NCBI GenBank assembly: GCA_003559765.1
Contig: PWKH01000184.1
Span: 12,857-76,856 of the forward strand
DNA: 64,000 nt
Origin: Spirochaetaceae bacterium
GTDB lineage: Bacteria > Spirochaetota > Spirochaetia > PWKH01
Direction: 5' to 3'
Notes under the pieces: generated by a model
Seen by the model: the letters and a program-made list of their open reading frames with translations, nothing else
The model's database searches: none
What the model was told of the DNA's origin: nothing
Translations under genes and position numbers: made by a program
Part shown: positions 49,074 through 58,191 of the stretch, in pieces
Layout of the letters: each line of letters begins with the position of its first letter
Numbering within the stretch: position 1 is the first letter of the stretch

Positions 49074-50171
49074 ATGCCGGTACAAGAAAAGCGGCTGCTG
49101 CAGCTTACCGCAGACCTGGTGAACATCTACAGCCCGACGGGCAAGGAGCTGGAGGTTGTGGATTTTCTCCGGGAGTATATTTCCGGAAAGGGACTGCCAG
49201 CCGTAATGCAGGATGTAGAGGAGGAGAAGCAGCGGCAGAATCTGCTGATTATGCCCGAGGGAGACACACCTGCCCTGTGCCTCAACGGCCATGTTGATAC
49301 GGTTGCAGCTTCAGACTACGACAGCTATGAGTTGTATGAGGAGGAAGATGAGCTCTACGGTCTCGGCACCAGCGACATGAAGGGGGGCTGCGCCGCCATG
49401 ATTGAAGCCTTCCACGCTTTCTACGAGGACACCGGCAGGCTTCCCGACGCCCTGCTGGCCCTGGTGGTCGGAGAGGAGGAGACCGGCGACGGCAGCAGTG
49501 CCCTGCTTGAAGAGTATAATTTCTCCTGGGCGGTCATCGGAGAGCCGACGGAACTGCTGCCCTGCTTTCAGCACTACGGTTACATTGAGGCGAATTTCCA
49601 TACCCGGGGAAGGCGGATGCATGCATCCATGGCCCGCCGGGAGGTGAACGCTGTCCACGCCATGCTCGGAGCGCTGCTGAACCTGACGGACTATCTCGGA
49701 GCTGAGAAGGAAGACATTATTTTTAATATCCGGGACGTATTCAGCGCCCGTTCGGGATTCGTCGTACCGGACTACTGCGAGGCGTGGCTGGATCTGCATA
49801 TTCCTCCGGAATACCCCGCGGGAACCATTATCTATGAAATTGAAGAATTCGTTCGCAGGATCTTTCCGAAGGAGGATATTGAGGAGATCCTCAATTTCAC
49901 TACCCTCCGGTCCGGGTACTCCCTTCCCGAAAAGGGACCCTTTGCCGAGACGCTCCAGCAGGTGTTCAGCGACTGCGGCAGAACATGGCTCACTTCCCGG
50001 TTTCTCAGCGATTCCGATGCGCTGACTTTCTGGGAGAACGGAGTGCGGCCGGTGATCCTCGGTCCGGGTTCGCTGGAGAAGGCCCATCGGGATGATGAAT
50101 CGGTAAAGCGGGATCAGCTGATTGATGCCGCCAGGGTGTACTACCGTCTGCTGCAGGCGGTTTCATCCTAG
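49074..50171 (+). CDS. M20 family peptidase/deacylase (ArgE/DapE-like)
   Basis: M20 metal-binding pattern HVDTV...GTSDMKGG...EEETG; 4 nt after GNAT stop. Confidence 0.75.
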   Translation: MPVQEKRLLQLTADLVNIYSPTGKELEVVDFLREYISGKGLPAVMQDVEEEKQRQNLLIMPEGDTPALCLNGHVDTVAASDYDSYELYEEEDELYGLGTSDMKGGCAAMIEAFHAFYEDTGRLPDALLALVVGEEETGDGSSALLEEYNFSWAVIGEPTELLPCFQHYGYIEANFHTRGRRMHASMARREVNAVHAMLGALLNLTDYLGAEKEDIIFNIRDVFSARSGFVVPDYCEAWLDLHIPPEYPAGTIIYEIEEFVRRIFPKEDIEEILNFTTLRSGYSLPEKGPFAETLQQVFSDCGRTWLTSRFLSDSDALTFWENGVRPVILGPGSLEKAHRDDESVKRDQLIDAARVYYRLLQAVSS

Positions 50172-50231
50172 CACTTGACTGCTGCCGGTTTCCGCTGCAC
50201 CTTGAAGGTATCAGCAGGAAGGAGGAATACG

Positions 50232-51203
50232 ATGGAATATCGAAAGCTTGGGAACAGTGATCTGGACATAACCACCGTCGGGCTCGGCGCCTGGGCAATT
50301 GGAGGCGGAGCGTACGCCTACGGATGGGGCCCCCAGGACGATGCGCAGTCAGTACGGACCATCCATGCGGCTGTGGACAGCGGGATAAACTGGATCGACA
50401 CCGCACCGGTGTACGGGCTCGGTCGGTCTGAGTCGGTTACCGGGCAGGCGCTGAAGGATAGGAGAAGCTCGGTCGTTCTTTCAACAAAATGCGGTCTCAT
50501 CTGGGATGAACCAACCCGGGAGGTGACCGGTCACCTGAAAAAGGAGAGCGTGTTTCAGGAATGCGAAGCAAGTCTGAAGCGGCTGGATACCGACTACATC
50601 GACCTGTACCATATCCACTGGCCGAGGCCGGAGGAGCAGATAGAGGAAGCCTGGGAGGCGGTCGCCCAGCTGATCAGGGACGGGAAGGTCCGCTTCGGGG
50701 CAGTAAGCAACTTCTCCCCTGAACAGATGGACCGTGTCAGCAGGATTCACCCGGTTACTTCCCTTCAGCCGCCCTACAGCATGCTGGAACGTGGAATTGA
50801 GGATGAGATACTACCCTACTGCCGGGACCACCATATCGGTATAACTGTATACAGCCCCATGCAGGCGGGACTTTTAACCGGAAAACTGACTCGTCATCGG
50901 ATCGAACAGCTTCCTGATGATGACTGGCGCAGACGCAGCAGGCACATGCGTGAGCCGAATTTGACTGCGAATCTGGAACTGGCTGACGCCCTGACGGAAA
51001 TTGCAGCGGACTACGGGAAAACCCCTGGCCAGCTGGCCGTTGCCTGGACTCTCCGGGATCCGGCAGTGACGGCGGCGATCGTCGGTGCGAGAAAGCCGGA
51101 ACAGGCTGCCCAGAATGCGGGAGCCTCAGGCTGGGAGCTTTCCGACATCGTGCTGCAGCGGATCAGCAAGGTTTTGGAGCGGCACCGGCAGGCAATCGGT
51201 TAA
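50232..51203 (+). CDS. Aldo/keto reductase
   Basis: YRKLGNSDL..IS.LGLG.W, DTAPVYG, LYHIHWP AKR signatures; RBS AGGAGG. Confidence 0.85.
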   Translation: MEYRKLGNSDLDITTVGLGAWAIGGGAYAYGWGPQDDAQSVRTIHAAVDSGINWIDTAPVYGLGRSESVTGQALKDRRSSVVLSTKCGLIWDEPTREVTGHLKKESVFQECEASLKRLDTDYIDLYHIHWPRPEEQIEEAWEAVAQLIRDGKVRFGAVSNFSPEQMDRVSRIHPVTSLQPPYSMLERGIEDEILPYCRDHHIGITVYSPMQAGLLTGKLTRHRIEQLPDDDWRRRSRHMREPNLTANLELADALTEIAADYGKTPGQLAVAWTLRDPAVTAAIVGARKPEQAAQNAGASGWELSDIVLQRISKVLERHRQAIG

Positions 51204-51309
51204 ACGGAGTGATTTCTGTCTTGCATCGTATTGACATACTTTGCACTTTCAGTTAGTCTTGGCTAACTACATTACTGAATTCTAACAGCCACACTGGAAG
51301 GCGTTTTCT

Positions 51310-51903
51310 ATGATCATTGCACCGGTTATCGCAAATTTTGAGAAATGGTGTTCCCGGTTTCCCTGGGCTGTACGGCTTTATTCGCTGCCCTACCGGACGG
51401 TCCTTGACCGGGAAATCGGTCTGGCCGGGATCACTGAAGATGATGTGGTCCTGAACATCGGCTGCGGCTCAGTTCCCTTTACTGCCATCTATATTGCCGC
51501 AGTGACCGGAGCTCGGGTCCATGCGGTTGACATTGACGAGTCCGCCCTTATCTGCGCCCGCAGATGCACCGCGGCTGCGGGACTGGATGACCGGGTCACC
51601 TATGAGCATGCTTCGGGGGAAAGTACAAGCTGCCGGGAGTTCACTGCCGCAGTGACTGCGCTTCAGGCAAGACCGAAGGCCGGCATCCTCGCCCATCTGC
51701 TCAGGCAGGGATCTTCGGATGTCCGGATTATTTTCAGAAAGCCCCAGCCCCGTCTGCACAGTCAGTACGATATGATTCCCGGATCCTACCCGATTTCCGG
51801 GGAGGTGATTCAGAACATGAAGACCTTTGTCAGCTCAGTACTCTATACCCATATGCCGGGATACAGCGAGACCTTCTGCCGATCCCTTCAGGAGGCGGAA
51901 TGA
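51310..51903 (+). CDS. Nicotianamine-synthase-like / class I SAM-binding fold protein (short)
   Basis: VLNIGCGSVPFTAIYIA...VHAVDIDESAL resembles the NAS motif GSGPLPLTS...FDIDPSA; stop TGA overlaps next ATG. Confidence 0.6.
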   Translation: MIIAPVIANFEKWCSRFPWAVRLYSLPYRTVLDREIGLAGITEDDVVLNIGCGSVPFTAIYIAAVTGARVHAVDIDESALICARRCTAAAGLDDRVTYEHASGESTSCREFTAAVTALQARPKAGILAHLLRQGSSDVRIIFRKPQPRLHSQYDMIPGSYPISGEVIQNMKTFVSSVLYTHMPGYSETFCRSLQEAE

Positions 51904-52154
51904 TGAAGAAGGCCGGCGCTGCCGCCGCCGCATCTGCGGCTCTCTGCGCCTATGCGTCAGGCATGATGTTCCTGTTTCCCGGGGGGCTCGGAGCCTTTGA
52001 AGCGACAATTGCCCTGGTGCTCCGACCGGCACCCTTCCGGTTTTCTCCGGCGTGTTCAGGAATCTGCGCGCTTTCGCTGGTTTGTGCTCCGTCTCGGAAC
52101 CGGCCTGCTGAGCCGGTTCATTCTGCACCCCTGACACACGAGGTATCCCCATGA
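51900..52154 (+). CDS. Small Ala/Pro-rich hydrophobic protein (84 aa), translationally coupled
   Basis: ATGA overlaps at both ends (51900-51903 and 52151-52154), GGAGG RBS 5 nt upstream; no homology recognised. Confidence 0.35.
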   Translation: MMKKAGAAAAASAALCAYASGMMFLFPGGLGAFEATIALVLRPAPFRFSPACSGICALSLVCAPSRNRPAEPVHSAPLTHEVSP

Positions 52155-52996
52155 CCGAAAAAGTTCAACTCCGCCGTCACCGCCGACGTCGCGGCGCCAT
52201 GAAAGGCGTTGCACGGCCGTCACTGCAGGCAGTTAAGTTTTTTGAGCACCTGAGTTCAAAGCACTCCTTCTTCAGCAGGCAGTATAATCGGCTGTTCTAT
52301 CACCGGCTGGTGCACAGTGAAGTGGCCGCCGCACAGCTGAAGCCCGGAAGCAGGGTGCTGCACATCGGCTGCGGCCCCATGCCCTTCACCTCCTTCGAAC
52401 TGGCCCAGGCAGGAGCAGTTGTAACCGCCGTCGATATTGACCCGCGGGCGGTGGAGAAAGCCCGGCAGGCCGCCGTATCAGCGGGGCTTGCTTCAGAGAT
52501 CACCGTCCTGCTCATGGACGGTATGGATGTTGATCCGAGGCAGTATGACGGGATCTGGGTATCCCTCCATGTATCCCCGAAGGATGAACTCATACCGAAT
52601 CTGCTCAGAAAGATGAGTGACGAATCGGTGCTGGTCTACCGCAATCCGAGGGGATGGCTGAGGCTCTGGTACGGCCGCTGCCGCCAGCCGGTGAGGCAGC
52701 GGGTCGTCAGGCAGTTCCTCGGCAAGGAGAGCATCATCATCCAGAAGCAGGAAGTCACCGAGGAGGTGCCCCTCTCCGAGCTCTATCCGGGAGCCGCAGG
52801 CACCATCGTTCATGTACCGGAACATCCCCTGCTCTCCCCTCTGGGAGTACGGAAGGGCAAGCACATTGCCGTTACCGGCAGGTGCATGCTCGGGGGACCG
52901 ATTGTAGTGGCAGTCGACGGCAGGAGCAGTGCAATACACCGTTCGCTGGCCCAGAATGTGCACATCATACCTGAACACAGCACCAGGACGGCGTAA
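52151..52996 (+). CDS. Nicotianamine-synthase-like domain fused to C-terminal FeoA domain
   Basis: VLHIGCGPMPFTSFELA...VTAVDIDPRAV...DVD...ESVLVYRNPRGW aligns with NAS core; C-terminal LSELYPGAAGTIVHV...LGVRKGKHIAVTGRCMLGGPIVVAVDGRSSAIHRSLAQNVHI is an SH3-like FeoA; 2 nt before feoB. Confidence 0.65.
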   Translation: MTEKVQLRRHRRRRGAMKGVARPSLQAVKFFEHLSSKHSFFSRQYNRLFYHRLVHSEVAAAQLKPGSRVLHIGCGPMPFTSFELAQAGAVVTAVDIDPRAVEKARQAAVSAGLASEITVLLMDGMDVDPRQYDGIWVSLHVSPKDELIPNLLRKMSDESVLVYRNPRGWLRLWYGRCRQPVRQRVVRQFLGKESIIIQKQEVTEEVPLSELYPGAAGTIVHVPEHPLLSPLGVRKGKHIAVTGRCMLGGPIVVAVDGRSSAIHRSLAQNVHIIPEHSTRTA

Positions 52997-52998
52997 CT

Positions 52999-54801
52999 AT
53001 GGATGAATCAGCTTCCCCTCGCGCATCAGTACTGCTGATGGGACCTCCCAATGTCGGCAAAAGCGTTCTGTTCAACCACTTTACCGGCATGGAGGTGAGC
53101 TGCGCCAACTACATCGGCACCACCGTGGAATACTCCACCGGAGAGTTCCGCGGCATGAGCCGGGACACCCTGCTTATCGACGTCCCCGGTACCTACACCC
53201 TGGAGGCTTCAAACGAAGCCGAAGAGGTGGCTGTGCGCATGCTCGCCAACCCCCCGTCAAGCAGAGATGAGATCAGACACAGCTCCTCCCACTGCGAACC
53301 GACGTCGAAACATGACCCCTCCAAACCCTCCGCAGTACTCTGCGTGCTTGATGCAGTGAACCTAGAAAGCAGCCTGTATCTGCTCTCCTATATTCTCGAC
53401 TACCGTCTGCCGGTGGTTGCCGCACTCAACCGCATCGACATCGCGAAGAAAAAAGGAATCCACGTCAGCCACGAAAAGCTCTCCCACATCCTGGGCATTC
53501 CGGTAGTGCCCACCATCGCTCCGACCGGAGCGGGAACAGAGGAACTGAAGCAGCAGCTTGAAAAGCTCCTCTCAGCCGGCGGGCAGGCAGAAACAGCCAG
53601 GCATCAGAGTACTGATCCGCTGCAGCGCTGGAAACGGGTTGAGGATATTGCCGCCCGGGTACAGCACCGGGAAAAGCAGCCTGAACACCGAAGCACCTTC
53701 GATGAACTGCTGATCCGTCCGTGGCCGGGGCTTCCAATTGCGGTGCTGATCCTGCTGGGCTCATTCGGTCTGGTAGTCGGACTCGGCATGGGCCTCCGGC
53801 AGTTTCTCCTGCTGCCGCTGTTCCGGGGATATGTGTTCCCCCTGATTATCTCCGGGGTGGAATCACTGCTGCAGCCGGGGATGCTGCAGCGCATCCTCAT
53901 CGGTGAATACGGGTTTCTCATCAAGGGAATTGAATGGCCCTTCACCCTGGTGTTCCCCTATGTGCTCTCCTTCTATCTCGCCATGGCGGTGCTGGAAGAC
54001 AGCGGATACCTCCCGAGACTCGGGGCGCTGCTCGACGGCCTGTTCAACCGCCTCGGCATGTCCGGAGGCAGCATCATTCCCCTGCTGCTCGGATACGGCT
54101 GCGCGATCCCTGCCATTATGGCCACCAGGGCGCTTCATACACGCAAAGAACGCCTGATAGCAGTATCAATCATCTGCCTCACCATCCCGTGCATTTCCCA
54201 GACCGGTGCGATCATCACCCTGCTGGCGGAGCACTCGGCAGCAGTGGTTTTCGGTCTTGCTGTTTTTTCCCTCATAGCGGTGGCTTCCACGGGGCTGCTG
54301 CTGGAGAAGCTGCTCCACGGCCCCCTCCCTGCTATGGTGATTGAGCTTCCCGAGCTGCTGCCGCCGAGGCCTTCGGTGCTGGGGAAGAAGCTGGCAATCC
54401 GGAGCAAGCGTTTTATATCTGACGGAGCGGTTCCAATGATCGGAGCAGTGGGACTGGCCTCAGTGCTCTATGAATCGGGGCTCATGACAGCGGCGGGACG
54501 GGTGCTCTCACCGCTGGTAACCCTGTGGCTCAGACTGCCTGAAGAGGCCGCTGTTCCCCTGATCCTCGGGATTATGCGCCGGGAGCTTTCCATCCTGCCG
54601 CTGCTGGAAATGGATTTAACTGCACTGCAGCTGTTCACTGGTGCGCTGGTAGGGCTGTTCTATGTACCCTGCATCGCCGTCGTAGTTTCAATCGCCCGGG
54701 AGTTCAAGCTCACCACTGCCCTGCTGATCCTGCTGACGACAAGCACCACGGCTTTTCTGGTCGGCGGAATTGTGGCACAGATCGGAGGACTGCTCATTTG
54801 A
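52999..54801 (+). CDS. feoB: Ferrous iron transport protein B
   Basis: G-domain GPPNVGKS, DVPGTY, NRID; polytopic C-terminal membrane domain with gate motifs. Confidence 0.9.
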   Translation: MDESASPRASVLLMGPPNVGKSVLFNHFTGMEVSCANYIGTTVEYSTGEFRGMSRDTLLIDVPGTYTLEASNEAEEVAVRMLANPPSSRDEIRHSSSHCEPTSKHDPSKPSAVLCVLDAVNLESSLYLLSYILDYRLPVVAALNRIDIAKKKGIHVSHEKLSHILGIPVVPTIAPTGAGTEELKQQLEKLLSAGGQAETARHQSTDPLQRWKRVEDIAARVQHREKQPEHRSTFDELLIRPWPGLPIAVLILLGSFGLVVGLGMGLRQFLLLPLFRGYVFPLIISGVESLLQPGMLQRILIGEYGFLIKGIEWPFTLVFPYVLSFYLAMAVLEDSGYLPRLGALLDGLFNRLGMSGGSIIPLLLGYGCAIPAIMATRALHTRKERLIAVSIICLTIPCISQTGAIITLLAEHSAAVVFGLAVFSLIAVASTGLLLEKLLHGPLPAMVIELPELLPPRPSVLGKKLAIRSKRFISDGAVPMIGAVGLASVLYESGLMTAAGRVLSPLVTLWLRLPEEAAVPLILGIMRRELSILPLLEMDLTALQLFTGALVGLFYVPCIAVVVSIAREFKLTTALLILLTTSTTAFLVGGIVAQIGGLLI

Positions 54802-54909
54802 TCCCTGAATGGATACTGCTCGATGTATTTTTATATTGCATGATGAGTTCATGAGAGTTACACTACTATATGCAAATAGACGGCCGTTACGGCCGAGCGA
54901 GGGGGTTTT

Positions 54910-56373
54910 ATGAACAAAAAAAGATCACATCCGTTAACAACCGTTGCAGGAGCACCGGTAGTCGACAACCAGAACTCAACCACCGCGGGACCGCGGGGTC
55001 CCATGCTGCTTCAGGACGTCTGGTACCTGGAAAAGCTTGCCCATTTTGATCGGGAAGTGATTCCTGAGCGAAGAATGCACGCAAAGGGATCCGGGGCCTT
55101 CGGAACCTTTACCGTTACCCATGACATCACGAAATATACCCGGGCAAAGGTGTTCTCTGAAGTGGAAAAAACCACGGATCTTTTCATCAGGTTTTCCACG
55201 GTAGCCGGCGAGCGCGGCGCCGCCGATGCGGAACGGGATATCCGGGGATTTGCCGTCAAGTTCTATACCGAAGAGGGGAACTGGGACCTGGTAGGAAACA
55301 ATACTCCGGTGTTTTTCCTGCGCGACCCTCTGAAGTTTCCCGATCTCAACCATGCGGTGAAGCGCGACCCCAGGACCAATCTGAGAAGCCCCAATACCAA
55401 CTGGGACTTCTGGTCCTCCCTCCCGGAGGCGCTGCACCAGGTGACCATCACCATGAGCGACCGGGGAATACCGCTTTCCTACCGGCATATGAACGGCTAT
55501 GGAAGCCATGCTTTCAGCATGATCAATGAAAAGAATGAACGGATCTGGGTGAAGTTCCATTTGAAGACTCAGCAGGGAATCAAAAATCTCACCGACCAGG
55601 AAGCAGAAGAGCTGGTGGGGAAAGACCGGGAAAGTCATCAGCGGGATCTCTATGAAAGCATTGAACAGGGAAATTTCCCCCGCTGGACCATGTACATTCA
55701 GGTCATGACCGAAGCGCAGGCCGAGCAGATGCCCTACAATCCCTTTGATCTTACCAAGGTATGGTATAAAAGCGAGTTCCCCCTGATCGAAGTGGGATTT
55801 ATCGAGCTCAATAAGAACCCCGACAACTACTTTGCCCAGGTTGAGCAGGCGGCCTTCAACCCCGCCCATATCGTGCCGGGCATTGGATTCTCCCCGGACA
55901 AAATGCTCCAGGGACGGCTGTTCTCCTACGGGGACGCCCAGCGCTACCGCCTCGGGGTCAACCACCATCAGATCCCGGTCAACGCCCCGAAGTGCCCGGT
56001 CAACAGCTACCACCGGGACGGTCAGATGCGGGTGAACAGCAATGCCGGAAGCACCATCGGGTATGAACCGAACAGCTACAAAAAATGGCAGGAGCAGCCG
56101 GAATTCAGCGAACCTCCCCTGAAGCTCAGCGGAGACGCCTATCACTGGGACTTCAGGGAGGATGACGACGACTACTACACCCAGCCGGGGAAACTCTTCG
56201 CTATGATGTCGCCTGAACAGAAGCAGGTGCTCTTTGAAAACACCGCCAGAAACCTGGGAGACAGCAGTGAGCAGATAAAAATCAGACACATTAAGAACTG
56301 CCTGGCAGCCCATGCCGATTACGGCAAGGGCGTGGCGAAAGCCTTAGACATACCCCTTGAGCAGGTGAAGTAG
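54910..56373 (+). CDS. Catalase (monofunctional haem catalase)
   Basis: RERIPERVVHAKG-like ([12 protein letters not shown]), distal His region, FDRERIPERVVHA family hallmarks, 487 aa. Confidence 0.9.
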   Translation: MNKKRSHPLTTVAGAPVVDNQNSTTAGPRGPMLLQDVWYLEKLAHFDREVIPERRMHAKGSGAFGTFTVTHDITKYTRAKVFSEVEKTTDLFIRFSTVAGERGAADAERDIRGFAVKFYTEEGNWDLVGNNTPVFFLRDPLKFPDLNHAVKRDPRTNLRSPNTNWDFWSSLPEALHQVTITMSDRGIPLSYRHMNGYGSHAFSMINEKNERIWVKFHLKTQQGIKNLTDQEAEELVGKDRESHQRDLYESIEQGNFPRWTMYIQVMTEAQAEQMPYNPFDLTKVWYKSEFPLIEVGFIELNKNPDNYFAQVEQAAFNPAHIVPGIGFSPDKMLQGRLFSYGDAQRYRLGVNHHQIPVNAPKCPVNSYHRDGQMRVNSNAGSTIGYEPNSYKKWQEQPEFSEPPLKLSGDAYHWDFREDDDDYYTQPGKLFAMMSPEQKQVLFENTARNLGDSSEQIKIRHIKNCLAAHADYGKGVAKALDIPLEQVK

Positions 56374-56385
56374 TTCCCAGAACGC

Positions 56386-56418
56386 AAGAACGCCTCCCAG
56401 AAAGGAGGCGTTCTTTTG
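56386..56418. terminator. Bidirectional rho-independent terminator between catalase and serA
   Basis: aagaacgcctcc-caga-aaggaggcgttctt stem followed by TTTT; convergent genes on both sides. Confidence 0.6.
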
Positions 56419-56422
56419 AGCA

Positions 56423-58012
56423 TCAGTCAAGCTGACAGACATACAGCTCGTTGACAAAACTCAGTTTTTTCAGTTCCGCAAAGGCATCAGGTCCGGGTTT
56501 GCGGTCCAGGCTGATGGCAAGCACCGCCTGCTCCTCCTCTTCGCTTCGTCCCACTCCCATGGTGGCGATATTGAGCTCATGCTTCGCGCAGATCGATCCG
56601 ATGGAACCGATCACCCCGGGCTTGTCGTCATTAAATACCACCATCATGGTCCCGAATGGTGCGGTCTCGCAGCTGAATCCGTCAATCTCCAGCACCCGCA
56701 GTTGGGTTCCGCCGAAGACCGAACCGATCACGGTTCGAGTTACCCGGTCGGTATCCACTCTGGCAGTAAAGCTGCTGCTGATGTCCCCGGCATCGGGGTT
56801 TTTCACCACATCTACGCTGATTCCCCGTTCTTTGGCCATAATCGGCACATTAACGAAATTGAGGGGAAAATCAAAATGCTTCTGCAGCAGACCGATGGAA
56901 AAGGCGGTAGTCACCGGGTCAGTCTGCTTTTCAGCAATCCGTCCGCGGTATTCCACCTGTATTTTTTTCAGTTTTCCCGGAGCTATTTCGCTGAGCAGTT
57001 TGCCGATTCTCCCGGAAAGATCAGCATAATGGGAAACTGATGATGACAGGGCTACCCCCAGAGCCGGTGCATTCACTGCATTCTCCACCGGGCCGTCGGT
57101 TAAGGCCTGGGAAAGAATTTCAGCCGCTTCCAGGGCAACCTCCACCTGGGCTTCCTCAGTGCTCGCCCCGAGGTGCGGGGTTACCAGGGCCCGCTCATCC
57201 TCTACATACCGGTGGTTATCAGGAGGTTCGACGGGAAATACATCCAGAGCGAGCCCTGCGATTTTATTCTCCTTTAATGCATCATAGGCGTCGTTCTCAT
57301 TGATGATGCCGCCGCGGGCGGTGTTGATCAGCCGGACCGAGGGTTTCATCATATCGATCGCCGCCGCATCAATCAGATTCACTGTCTGGTCGTTCTTCGG
57401 CACATGCACGGTGATGTAGTCAGCTTTCCGGAATATCTCCTCAACATCGCCGGTGACCTTCATGCCCATTTCTTCGGCTTCGGGGGGAGCTGAGAAGGGA
57501 TCATACCCCAGCAGCTGCATGTTGAATCCCTTGGCAAATCCTGCCACAGTCATTCCGATCCTTCCGAGCCCGATGACCCCCAGGGTCTTTCCGCTGAGCT
57601 GATTTCCCATGTATTTCTTCCGGTCCCATTTTCCAGCCTTCATACTGGTGCAGGCAGGCACCACATTTCTACTGAGGGCAAGCATCAGCGCCATGGTATG
57701 CTCCGCCGCTGACCGGGTATTCCCTCCGGGGGTGTTCATGACAATGATCCCCCGTTTCGTCGCCTCATATATGTCGACATTGTCCACACCGACTCCGGCA
57801 CGGGCAATTCCCCTGAGCTTGCCGGGACTGCTGAGCACCTTAGCCGTCACCTGAGTGCCGCTTCGGATGATCAGCCCGTCATACGCTCCGATAACTTCTG
57901 CAAGTTCCTCCTCGCTCAGGTCGGTTTTCACTACCGGCTCAACACCTTCCATGCTGTTAAGCAGATCAATTCCTTCCTGTGCAAGTTTGTCGGTAATTAA
58001 GATTTTTACCAT
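56423..58012 (-). CDS. serA: D-3-phosphoglycerate dehydrogenase
   Basis: 2-hydroxyacid DH NAD motif GVIGLGRIG, catalytic R/E/H, C-terminal ACT domain; start ATG with GGAGA RBS. Confidence 0.85.
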   Translation of the reverse strand: MVKILITDKLAQEGIDLLNSMEGVEPVVKTDLSEEELAEVIGAYDGLIIRSGTQVTAKVLSSPGKLRGIARAGVGVDNVDIYEATKRGIIVMNTPGGNTRSAAEHTMALMLALSRNVVPACTSMKAGKWDRKKYMGNQLSGKTLGVIGLGRIGMTVAGFAKGFNMQLLGYDPFSAPPEAEEMGMKVTGDVEEIFRKADYITVHVPKNDQTVNLIDAAAIDMMKPSVRLINTARGGIINENDAYDALKENKIAGLALDVFPVEPPDNHRYVEDERALVTPHLGASTEEAQVEVALEAAEILSQALTDGPVENAVNAPALGVALSSSVSHYADLSGRIGKLLSEIAPGKLKKIQVEYRGRIAEKQTDPVTTAFSIGLLQKHFDFPLNFVNVPIMAKERGISVDVVKNPDAGDISSSFTARVDTDRVTRTVIGSVFGGTQLRVLEIDGFSCETAPFGTMMVVFNDDKPGVIGSIGSICAKHELNIATMGVGRSEEEEQAVLAISLDRKPGPDAFAELKKLSFVNELYVCQLD

Positions 58013-58191
58013 ATTTTCTCCTATACAATTTCCCCGAGGACATTGCCGAAAAAGAGTTGCCCGCGAGTTTGTGTTTCTCTTTACGATACAGCAGCTTCCG
58101 CACTCCAAGGCGATGCACTGCAGAAGCAGACAGCAGGTATGTAGATATAATTGTAGCGATTTTTCCGCAGATACTCAACCCTGCGCGATCT

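Noticed and set aside
51204-51309. Fur box upstream of the NAS-like/FeoB operon
   Set aside because: I could not find a convincing GATAATGATAATCATTATC-like 19-mer by eye; only weak AT-rich dyads (ttactgaattctaa). Iron regulation remains possible but is not supported by a visible operator.
54976-56313. 445-aa ORF antisense to catalase
   Set aside because: The catalase sense frame is unambiguous; the antisense is an artefact.
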